Positions 8,834-18,600 of a stretch of 64,000 nt of DNA are shown piece after piece. The position numbers and the translations under genes are program-made. The first letter of the stretch is position 1, and every line of letters begins with the position of its first letter. The DNA is taken from the IMG/VR virus record IMGVR_UViG_3300009082_000959. The stretch is one strand, 5' to 3'. Source of the stretch: a virus. Taxonomy: Duplodnaviria > Caudoviricetes. Under the pieces are notes generated by a model. That model worked only from the letters and a program-made list of their open reading frames with translations, made no database searches and was not told where the DNA came from.

Positions 8834-11797
8834 ATGACAACAAGAGAAGGTATCATAGGCCAAAACATTGATCTTGGTATTAAATTTTACCAAAACGGCG
8901 AACTATATGATCCGTATAGCGTTTCTGACGTTTTAATCTACGATGCCGAAAGTGGTGGAAACCTAGTAGCCACGATTCCATCTGTTCGAGTTAGTGAAGG
9001 TTATTATATTGCGACTTGGTCGATTCCTTCTTCTTTGTCTCCTCAAACCCTATGGGATGTACATGTTTGGCGCGCTGAAGAAGACATGGTGGAAAAGTCG
9101 CAGACCTATTCTTTTGATATAGTTCCCAAAAGTATTTCCGTCGATGTCCCAAGTTTTGTAAGAGGGGACGTTGGCTGTAGAATCCGTCCAGCGTGGGAGT
9201 TTCACGTCGGTCTTGGTATCGCAGAGGATGTTGGAAATGGCATGGGCTTGAGGCTTACTTGGGGCCGCGCTCTTCCAAACAACCAAAACAATCTAGTACA
9301 CTATAATATTTATTATGCTGATTCCCGATTTGGTGTATTTGATTCTTGGCCACAAAACATGACAACCGCAACACAAGTTGTCATAAATGTTGATCCCGGA
9401 AAACTGCAATTTTTAGCAGTTAGAGCTGTTGAGTTTGATACTAGCGAATTTGATATTTCTCAATTGACCCAAGTAGGATCCAATCTATACGAATATCCTG
9501 AGGAATTAGAACTACAAAACGACATAGATGCTTATGGCGCAACAATTGAAGTAGGTGATACTACTGGTTTTCCCAATAAAGGATTTTTACTAATAGATAC
9601 AGAAGTTATACTGTACAGTAGTAAAACCAATAGTGCTTTTATTGTGGAGGACATAGACAGAGGAGCAATTTCAACTTATATTGCTGCACACGAAGCAGGA
9701 GCCACAGTTAAGCTTTGGCGCGGCATAGAGGACCAAAATAGTGTAATTGTTTCAGAAACCGCTACTTGGCACTATGCTATTGGTGTTCCGCGTAATGTTG
9801 ATGCAATAGGACAATACGCAGTTGACGAAGATGGTTATAGAGCAATACAAACCGACCTACTTACAACCGATTTAAGCGCCTCCGACGAAAATACAGAGGA
9901 TTTCCCCAGCTATGATTATACTGGATATCGTAGGTCTAGTCCGCAATCATTGTTTAATGGGGAATGTACATTTAGTTATGTCGGTGGAGAGTTTAATGGA
10001 GGAAGAGGACTAGCATTTCAGGACCAGAATTTAAGTAGGCTAGACTCCCAATTACAAATTTCTGGAGAACCATTGATACTCTTAAGACGAAAATGGACTG
10101 GAAGAAAATGCCGTTGTGCTGATTTGAGAAGAGATCATCCACATAGCAGGTGCGCCTACTGTTTTGTACCAGGAACATTGGTTAGGACTGAAACTGGTTA
10201 TAGACCCATAGAAGATATAGCAATTGGAGACAAAGTTTTATCATCAAGTGGTTTATTTTGTAAGGTTACAGAAACCATGAAACGCTCTTATGATGGGCAC
10301 TTGGTATCACTAAAATCACATGTCAGTTCTAGACCTATATTAACAACACCAGAACATCCGTTTTTAGCAATGGGCGGTAATCATTCCTCATTGATAAAGA
10401 GAGAGTGTGGGCCAGAATGTGAGGTTTATATAGGAAATGGTGATGGTAATAGATTTAATAATGACGTTCGTAAAGCTCCGTCGGGAAGATGGCATGCACG
10501 GTTTTCAATGAATAGGGTTAGAACTGCTCTTGGCACATTTGATACAAAAGAAGAAGCAGATGCGGTCGTCACAAAATATAAAAACGAGCACATACCAGTT
10601 GGCCACAAATTACAATGGATGGATGCGAAAGATCTTGATGATAATCCGTGGCTGGTTGCAAAGTGGCCAAATCAGACAATGGATATTGAGTATATAAAAG
10701 TGCCGGATATTTTTTTAAAACCAACAAGACCAGGCATGAAGAGAAATGGTGTTAATACATTTACCGTAGATACAGAGTTTATGTGGATTATAGGAATGTA
10801 CCTGGCAGAAGGAAGTTCCAGCAAAAGAACTATACAATTTTCCCTTCACAAAAAAGAAAAAGAGTTTTTTGATAGAATCAAAACCTTTTTTGAAAAATTA
10901 GGGTATAAAACAAGTGTTAGCTCGCATTCGGATAATGGTATAAATATATTTGTAAACAGCACAACCCTAGCAAAGTGGTTTCTCGTTTGGCTTGGCCGAG
11001 GATGTCAAAACAAGCACATACCAGAAGAACTTATGTATCTTCCAGATCAAAAAACACAATCCCTGATTAATGGAATTTACGATGGCGACGGAAGCAAATC
11101 TTGTAACGAAATTGGGCAAACATCTGAAATTCTTGCTTTACAAATAATGGAACTACTACATCGCATTGGCGAACAACCACTATTAAGATTACAACAATCA
11201 AGTATATTAACACCCAAGGGAAATGTTAGAAAACTTTGTTATATAAATAGTTGGGCAGAATCTGGGCTAAAACACGCGAATAGAAAAAATAGGTGGAAAT
11301 TTGGTGAAGAAATGTTAGTAAAGGCTCACAAAACATTTGGAATAATTTACTACAATGGCCCTGTGTATAATCTTGAAGTAGAGGGAAACCACTCTTATGT
11401 GGTAAATGGAATAGTCGTTCACAATTGTTTTGGGACAGCTTTCGAGGGGGGCTTCGATAGATACGTAAATCCAAGGCCAATATCAGAATCCTATTCCAAC
11501 ACCCAAGGATATATTTTGGCCAGAATTTATCCTTACACAGATGATCTTGAATTAGACGCATCACAAAGCTTAAGACAAACTGTAGAGTTGCAGGCTTGGA
11601 CTATTAATATTCCAAATATACGCGATCGTGACGTTTTAATACGCCTTAATGAAGATGGAACAGAAGAATATAGATATGAGTGTCTAAATGTTGTGAGAAG
11701 TAAATTGTTTTTTGGTAAAACCGGAAAACAAGAATTTACGATGAAGCGTTTAGATAAAACGGACGAAATATACACCTACACAATAAGTGTGTTATAA
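8834..11797 (+). CDS. Intein-containing virion protein (Ig/FN3-like N-terminal part, Zn-finger, head-closure-like C-terminal part)
   Basis: ATG 8834 is preferred over the tracked TTG 8795. The spliced product (about 565 aa) restores KCRC...RCAY|CFGTAFEGG. The head-closure assignment is an inference. Confidence 0.75.
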   Translation: MTTREGIIGQNIDLGIKFYQNGELYDPYSVSDVLIYDAESGGNLVATIPSVRVSEGYYIATWSIPSSLSPQTLWDVHVWRAEEDMVEKSQTYSFDIVPKSISVDVPSFVRGDVGCRIRPAWEFHVGLGIAEDVGNGMGLRLTWGRALPNNQNNLVHYNIYYADSRFGVFDSWPQNMTTATQVVINVDPGKLQFLAVRAVEFDTSEFDISQLTQVGSNLYEYPEELELQNDIDAYGATIEVGDTTGFPNKGFLLIDTEVILYSSKTNSAFIVEDIDRGAISTYIAAHEAGATVKLWRGIEDQNSVIVSETATWHYAIGVPRNVDAIGQYAVDEDGYRAIQTDLLTTDLSASDENTEDFPSYDYTGYRRSSPQSLFNGECTFSYVGGEFNGGRGLAFQDQNLSRLDSQLQISGEPLILLRRKWTGRKCRCADLRRDHPHSRCAYCFVPGTLVRTETGYRPIEDIAIGDKVLSSSGLFCKVTETMKRSYDGHLVSLKSHVSSRPILTTPEHPFLAMGGNHSSLIKRECGPECEVYIGNGDGNRFNNDVRKAPSGRWHARFSMNRVRTALGTFDTKEEADAVVTKYKNEHIPVGHKLQWMDAKDLDDNPWLVAKWPNQTMDIEYIKVPDIFLKPTRPGMKRNGVNTFTVDTEFMWIIGMYLAEGSSSKRTIQFSLHKKEKEFFDRIKTFFEKLGYKTSVSSHSDNGINIFVNSTTLAKWFLVWLGRGCQNKHIPEELMYLPDQKTQSLINGIYDGDGSKSCNEIGQTSEILALQIMELLHRIGEQPLLRLQQSSILTPKGNVRKLCYINSWAESGLKHANRKNRWKFGEEMLVKAHKTFGIIYYNGPVYNLEVEGNHSYVVNGIVVHNCFGTAFEGGFDRYVNPRPISESYSNTQGYILARIYPYTDDLELDASQSLRQTVELQAWTINIPNIRDRDVLIRLNEDGTEEYRYECLNVVRSKLFFGKTGKQEFTMKRLDKTDEIYTYTISVL
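10160..11425 (+). mobile_element. 422-aa intein with LAGLIDADG endonuclease and an extra AP2-like domain
   Basis: Block A CFVPGTLV, block B ILTTPEHPF, LAGLIDADG motifs WIIGMYLAEG and LINGIYDGDG, block F VYNLEVEGNHSYVVNG, terminal VHN followed by +1 Cys. Confidence 0.95.
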
Positions 11798-11810
11798 AGA
11801 AAGGAAAGAA

Positions 11811-13043
11811 ATGGCAAGAAAACTGACAGTTAACGAAGTAAAAGAAAGAATTAAAGAAATACACGGTGATTTGATTACCATGGACGAAACCACTTATATA
11901 AACACTAGCACTCGGTGCCGTTTTATTGATCGGGATTACGGAGAGTGGTTTGCTACTCCGCAGAAAATTTTGATTGGACAAGGAAACCCCAAAAGAGGGC
12001 ACGAAAAAAACGCACAGACAATGAGAACACGTATTATTGGGATAGATACAATAAAAGAAAGATTATTTAGTGTGCACAAAGACACTGTTTCTATAGATGA
12101 ATCAACATATATCGATTCACAAACGCCATGTAGGTTTATTGATACTGAGTATGGTGAATGGTTTGCAGCACCAAACAATGTCATTCATAACAAAACAAGA
12201 CACCCGAAAAGAGGCGAGATCATTAGAATAGAAAAACGGAAAACTCCGATGGAAAAATTAAAACAAATGATTTTTAATATTCATGGAACTACCGTCACGA
12301 TTGATGAATATACTTATAAAAACATTCATACACCTGCCAGATTTATTGACAGTATATATGGTGAGTGGTGGACCTGTCCATCAGCCGTTATTAATCAGGG
12401 ATGTGGGCATAAAACCCGAGGGGTCAAGAAAAATTCAGAACGTCGAACAATTCCAATTGATACCATAAAAAACCGTATTTTTGAAATACACGGTGATACA
12501 GTTTCTATAGATGAATCATCTTACGTAAACATAGACACTCGGTGTAGATTCATAGATAAAGACCTTGACGAATGGTATACTGTTCCAGCAATTATTATAT
12601 ATGCTTGCGCAGGACATCCTGGTAAAAAGAAAATAAAATGCGAAGAAACCTGCATGGAAAGGTATGGATGCAGGAGCCCAATGCAGGATCACAATATATC
12701 TCTAAAATCAGCAAGAAGTTCTAATATATCGTGTGTTCTAAAGCATTGGAAAACAGAAGAAGAAATAATTTGTATCGCATCATATGAAAAAGCCGTTGCA
12801 CAATATTTTAATACAAATAAAATTGATTATCTTTGGCAACCAAAAACGTTTCATATGACAATAAACGAAAAAAAACGAACATATCGACCTGATTGCTATT
12901 TACCTGGCCAAGATTTGTGGATTGAAATTAAAGGGTATTTTAGAGAGTTGTCGAAAGAAAAATGGGAATATTTCCATAACAACATACACACAAACTCGGA
13001 ACTTTGGAATAAAGAAAAATTAAAAGAATTAGGAATACCATAA
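11811..13043 (+). mobile_element. Putative PD-(D/E)XK homing endonuclease with four DUF723-like N-terminal repeats
   Basis: ATG 11811 with SD AAGGA. Four repeats of about 60 aa (IKERI..IHGD.V.IDE..Y....T.CRFID..YGEW), a CMERYG.RSPMQ linker, and C-terminal YRPDCYL...LWIEIKG. Confidence 0.8.
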
Positions 13044-13058
13044 GGCGGATTTTTTACA

Positions 13059-15665
13059 ATGACTGATTATTCAATTTATCCAGACTCTCTTGATTCTTAC
13101 GGTACGCTTCCTTTGGTGAGAGACGGAATAGATGAAATTCTTGCTCGGCACCACAACGCCTTAAGGGACGCAATTTGGAAAATCGAGAGTGAACTAGGCG
13201 CACAACCTTCTGGTACGTTTGGGACCGTACGAGACCGTCTTGATTCAGTTAGCGATGCATCTGCTTTAATTGACTCTCACCTTATTGATTCTCTTGATGC
13301 CCACGACGCTTCTGCGATTTCTATTCTTGATGCTGGTGAAAATTATGTTTCCACAGATGTTGAGGGAGCAATAGCAGAATTGGCAGCCATATTACCAAGA
13401 GCAAACAATACCATTGGAGAAAACAATACCAGTATTCCTAATAGTGGAATACCAAACTTTGTTGATGGTTCTGGGAGTTTGTTTTTACTAAATCAGGCCG
13501 CAGGGACAATCACAAAGAAAACACAACCAATTGCTATTACCGGAATCCACGTAATTGAAGTCGGAGAATCAAATGGTAGTGGAACTGGAGCACAACTACA
13601 AATGGCTTCAGCTGGCCAAATTCAATGGAAAGCACCAGGAGATTCATTTGGCACGGCCGTTGACTTGCTGACGCTCACAGAAGGCGATGTCGTCACCGTT
13701 TCATCTGGCACTGCTACCAAGAAAATTCGTGTTGCTAGAAATTCTGCATCACTACCAAGCGCGGGTGTGTTGCCAATAGTAGAGACTTTTGACGTACTGC
13801 GACTTAATGCGCAGTCCGGAGCATTTTCTGATAATACTGCTGGCATTATAGAAAGCAATTTTATAACCAGAACAGCAATTTCGGCAACTGGCACAAGCTT
13901 AAATCAGTTTGTAATTGGTGGTATAGTTTATCCTGCCGATCGTGGCACACTGGTTTTGCAAAGAAAATTAAGAGGTTCTTCTGCATTCGCTCCTATTGCA
14001 GTTTTAGATTTGGCTGCAAATTTTGATGAAACCTATAGAGCAACTGAACAACCGGTGTATTGTCCAAGTCTTGTAAATTACGACACAATCACTTTGTATG
14101 ATAGATTGCCCTCTAGACCTGATTACGAGGAACTTGATGTTGACGCCGATGGAAGCCAAGTGTATGAAAACTTTGATCTTTCTGCCGCTTTTACTAGTGC
14201 ACAATTAGCAAAATATGCCATTCCTGTGTCAAACGAAGGCTTGGTTGGTGGAACATTGGAAGCCGCAACTGATACAACTGCCGCCGAAATTAACGCAAAT
14301 GTGTCAGCGTATAGGGTTGTGCATTACAGAGACGGCGTATCTAATTTCAACGGAGAACCGGCAGAAGCGGATGTTCTGTGTGTTTATGATTCATTGGGCG
14401 CAGTAAATGATGGCGACAACAACGTAAGAATGTCCAATGTTTTTTTGGACACCAATGCAACAAGACCAAACATTAATCAGGTTTTATTAAATCCCGTTGT
14501 TCCTGCTGCTGAATCTGTTACCAAGTTTGTTTCTGGGGTTAATTATTATAATGGTATAGAGGACAAATTTGATCTTGAACTACGATCAGAGACTGATGTT
14601 TTTTCTAATTCATATTTAAAAGATTCTCTATTAACCGTGTCTTCTAATGCATTTCATGTTGTTTCTGGCGACGGATATGGATTGGGCGTGGCAGTAACGC
14701 AAATGATGGATGATGGATATGCGGTATTTTCTGACTCAAATGTTCCAGTGCACGCCGACACTGCTTATTATTTAATAAATGCATCTGTAAATACTGCAAG
14801 ACGCTTTTATCCAGAACCAGACAAATTTGATTCCAATGCCCGCGTTTCTGTTGCAATTAGCGATCCTTTTGGGGCCGGAACTTCACTAGATGCTTACGGA
14901 TTTATTTCAAGTAGCGCTACACCGGTAAGAGTATTGATAAACTCTTATGATGAATTCAAAGCAACTAACACAATTGAGTATTTCTGCGACGAGAGTCGCA
15001 GAATATCAAATGCTGAAACGTTTAATTTTAATTTAGAGCGCGATCAATACACGCACGCTTACGATGCACCAGAGACGCTTGAAATTTGGGACAATCAAGT
15101 CGCCTTAAGTGCCGGTGAATTACAGGTCGGTGGTGGGTTTGATATAAATTCTGATGTTGGTGGATTAGTTTTTCCGCAAAGTGATTATTCCAGCGGAGTA
15201 GCCCCATTCCAAGACAACACACCCGATTATTCGGCGGCTGGCTATACGGCGGTTGATGAAGCAATTTATCAGAGATTATTTAATCTGGGCGTTTCTACCA
15301 ATAGTGGGAAAATAAGAATTGTCAGCGGCGGAGATTACCCGATTTCTTTCAATGATATCCGATACGGTAATGAAGATAGATGCGTGAAAATAAGCGTAAA
15401 AATTCCGGGAACCGCCGGAAATTCTACTGGTTGGCTCGACCTTGGAAGATTATATTCCACTGGTCACATATCCGATGGTGATGGTTGCTTGTACGGAGCA
15501 GTAACAGAAAGTACTGGTGATTTTACAGTTCCCTTTACTTTTGGAAGATTGAATAGTGATCAAAATGAGAACATGATCGCAGTGAGAATAGCATATTTGA
15601 CAAGCAATTTAACTGCCGCAAAACAAAAAATAATGACCCGAATGGAATTACTACCTAGCGATTAA
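13059..15665 (+). CDS. Large virion protein (fibre/baseplate-associated) sharing an N-terminal module with 23245 and 26313
   Basis: N-terminus YPDSLD...LPLV...EI....HNALRDAIWKIESELG..P.G and an HDASAI motif, followed by a beta-rich body. Confidence 0.75.
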   Translation: MTDYSIYPDSLDSYGTLPLVRDGIDEILARHHNALRDAIWKIESELGAQPSGTFGTVRDRLDSVSDASALIDSHLIDSLDAHDASAISILDAGENYVSTDVEGAIAELAAILPRANNTIGENNTSIPNSGIPNFVDGSGSLFLLNQAAGTITKKTQPIAITGIHVIEVGESNGSGTGAQLQMASAGQIQWKAPGDSFGTAVDLLTLTEGDVVTVSSGTATKKIRVARNSASLPSAGVLPIVETFDVLRLNAQSGAFSDNTAGIIESNFITRTAISATGTSLNQFVIGGIVYPADRGTLVLQRKLRGSSAFAPIAVLDLAANFDETYRATEQPVYCPSLVNYDTITLYDRLPSRPDYEELDVDADGSQVYENFDLSAAFTSAQLAKYAIPVSNEGLVGGTLEAATDTTAAEINANVSAYRVVHYRDGVSNFNGEPAEADVLCVYDSLGAVNDGDNNVRMSNVFLDTNATRPNINQVLLNPVVPAAESVTKFVSGVNYYNGIEDKFDLELRSETDVFSNSYLKDSLLTVSSNAFHVVSGDGYGLGVAVTQMMDDGYAVFSDSNVPVHADTAYYLINASVNTARRFYPEPDKFDSNARVSVAISDPFGAGTSLDAYGFISSSATPVRVLINSYDEFKATNTIEYFCDESRRISNAETFNFNLERDQYTHAYDAPETLEIWDNQVALSAGELQVGGGFDINSDVGGLVFPQSDYSSGVAPFQDNTPDYSAAGYTAVDEAIYQRLFNLGVSTNSGKIRIVSGGDYPISFNDIRYGNEDRCVKISVKIPGTAGNSTGWLDLGRLYSTGHISDGDGCLYGAVTESTGDFTVPFTFGRLNSDQNENMIAVRIAYLTSNLTAAKQKIMTRMELLPSD

Positions 15666-15687
15666 TTTAAATTTACGAGGACACACT

Positions 15688-18600
15688 ATGGCGTGGGATT
15701 CAAAAAAAGAAGAAACTTTTTCTGCACTGGAAAAACTATTAGATCAAAAAACCAATACACTTGGAACAACGGGCGGCAGTGTAGAAGAGCCGTTTAGAAA
15801 ACAAACCAATGTAATCCTAGGTGAAACTTGGCGTCTTGATCCCACTGTTGGGTCCGCAGAAGAATTAGTTGCTCCAAAATTCGACGGGTATGGGGTTGTT
15901 GGTTCCGTGGCTTCGAGATATGAGAGTTTACGACTTCATTCATATTTACCTTCTGGTGAGACTGGGCCAAATTCCTGTCAAACTTTTATAGTCGTTTCCA
16001 CTGCACCTACTTCTCACGCAATTTCCGACATAGATTCTGTAAGAATGAAAGACTTAATTCCACCAGTATATTCTCCTGGAAAATCTGATGCTGCCGAATC
16101 TGACGACTCTATTCGTGGTTTTGAGTTAGCACTTTATCCAGCCGCTTGTTATGGGGGTGTCGGTTCTGTGCTAGTCCCAGACCTAAACAAAAAAATTCCG
16201 ACTACTGCCGATCCAAGTGCTGTGTACGGCGCTGGTGAAAATGGATGGTCTGTTGATTACCTAAACGGAATTGTCCGACTTAGCGTTCCGCCCCTCAATG
16301 GACCAACAGGTGTATTTAATCCGAATGATGTGTTTGGTGACCTGGAAGGCAATAGAGCAGATGATGCCTATGGAAGTATTACACTTTTCGCAACATTTTA
16401 CCAATATAGTGGTTCCTATGGTTGGACAGAAAATCAGGACCTAGTTACCGTTGGTGATGGAGTTATAAGTACTGGAACTTATACTGGAAATTCACACAAC
16501 ACTATACAGTCTGCCATAGATTCACTGCCACACGGCGGAACTGTTTTTATTAAAGAGGGTAATTATTATTGCAGTTCTCCGATCGAGGTAAAACACGGAA
16601 TACATTTAAATGGAAGCAATAATACGAATATATTTTCGCCAGCGGGTAATTATCTTCTCGATATATCAAAGTCGCAGGTTTCCGTTAGTGGAATAAATTT
16701 GTTCGCTCCAGATGGCCAAACAAACACATCACTGATAAGAATAGGTTCAGACATAGATGGCTATTCTTTAAATGATGTAAGTATAAACAACAACAAACTT
16801 AATTGTAAGCTTGCAACCAATGGTATTTTATTACGCGCAGACGAGTATATGTCTTTTAAGAACTTGGATATTAGCGATAATACTTTTTCCATACAAGATG
16901 AGAATAACACAGTTTTTATTATTGGATTTGGAAATAGACTAGAGTCGTCACAACAATTAACTGCATGGACTACGGCTACTGGTATTTCTCAAACAATGTA
17001 TGGTGGGTATTTCAATGGAACTTTGTTTTGTATAGTTGGGGCTACTGGAGCAATATATACATCATCCGATGGTGTTTCGTGGACAGCTAGAACAGCAGAT
17101 AACAGCTATGGTGATGATTTTCACTCAGTAATTTACAACGGAACGCTGTGGTGTGCTGTTGGCGAAACTGGAGAAATTCAGACTTCACCAGATGGCGAAA
17201 CGTGGACTCATAGGGTTGCTGACTCAAGCTACATTGGAACATTTTATTGTGTCGGTTTTGATAGCGATGGAATGTTTTGTGTTGCAGGAGAAACGGGAGA
17301 AATTCAAACATCGACTGACGGAGAAACCTGGACGCACCAAACGGCTGATGATAGCTTTGCAGAAATATTTTATGGTATAGTTTATGGCAGTAATACGTGG
17401 TGCCTAGTGGGTGATAGCGGAGAAATTCAGACTTCACCAGATGGCGAAACGTGGACTCATAGAGTTGCTGATGCCGGATATACTGTCGGTACATTTTATT
17501 CAGTAGCACACAATCGGGTCAACACATTTATGGTCGTTGGTGAGGATGACGAGATACAGATTTCCTCGGACGCAGTGTCTTGGGAAAGTACTCATTCGAG
17601 TGTGGGAACTAATTTTGGTTCGGTTGTGTTTGATTATGGTAGAAATAAATGGATATTGTCAGGCTATGAAAATAATACTATTTTTACAACAACCGATGGT
17701 ACGAGTTTAGTTAGTTTGCCAGATTCAAATGGCACAGATGTATTCGGTCTTATGATTGCTCAGCAACCGACCGACCCAACTTTTATTTCTGTAAATTCAG
17801 ATAACCAGAGTTGTGTTTTTGGTAGTTTGTCAATTGCTAATAATAAGTTTGAGGCAGAAGAAAATAGAGAGTGTTTGGTAGAAATAATTGGCAACAATTC
17901 TTCTTTCGAACACATAAATATATCTGATAACATTGGTAGGGCAAAACTCAAAGTTTATATAGATGACGCGTATATGTCTAGCGTAGTGGTTGATGGTAAC
18001 TCATTTTATTCTGCTGATGTAGGACGTATTTCTGATTCTGTGTTTAGTAATAACACGATAGCAGACGATGTAACGATTACTGCTGCCATTAACTCTGATA
18101 TTTCACATAATATAATAGGCGGAACACTTGACCCAACGCTTGAAAATACACTGGTTTTTGGCAATAATATAACTGGTGATTTTAAAGCGGAGCACGTTTG
18201 GAATTCTTCTGTTTCCGAAAACATCGTAGGTGGAGCATTAACCATAGCAGATGGCCTAACTGATGGTGGAACAGTTTTGTTGGATTCAAAAATAAACAGC
18301 AATACTATTACAGGGGCTTTTAGTATTGCTTTGTCTTATACTGATTCACTAACCGCGCCGATAATAGATAGTGCTGTGTGTTCTGGAAATAGTGCTGCGT
18401 CGTTTGCTGTTGGCAGCACAAGTTTCGATGATGCAAGGCCAAGTTGCCAGAAATTTGTGTTCTCTGATAATATTATTACCGGAAATCTTGCAGTAAGAGG
18501 AAAAACACAGGAATCTTCTTATTCTGGCAATCAGATATTTGGTTCTTGTACTTTGGAGCCGGTTGCAAATTTCTCTTTCTCTGATGGATATGTTGGAACT

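Noticed and set aside
13044-13058. GGCGGATTTTTT as a terminator
   Set aside because: No complementary 5' arm is present upstream. It may simply serve as the RBS region of 13059.
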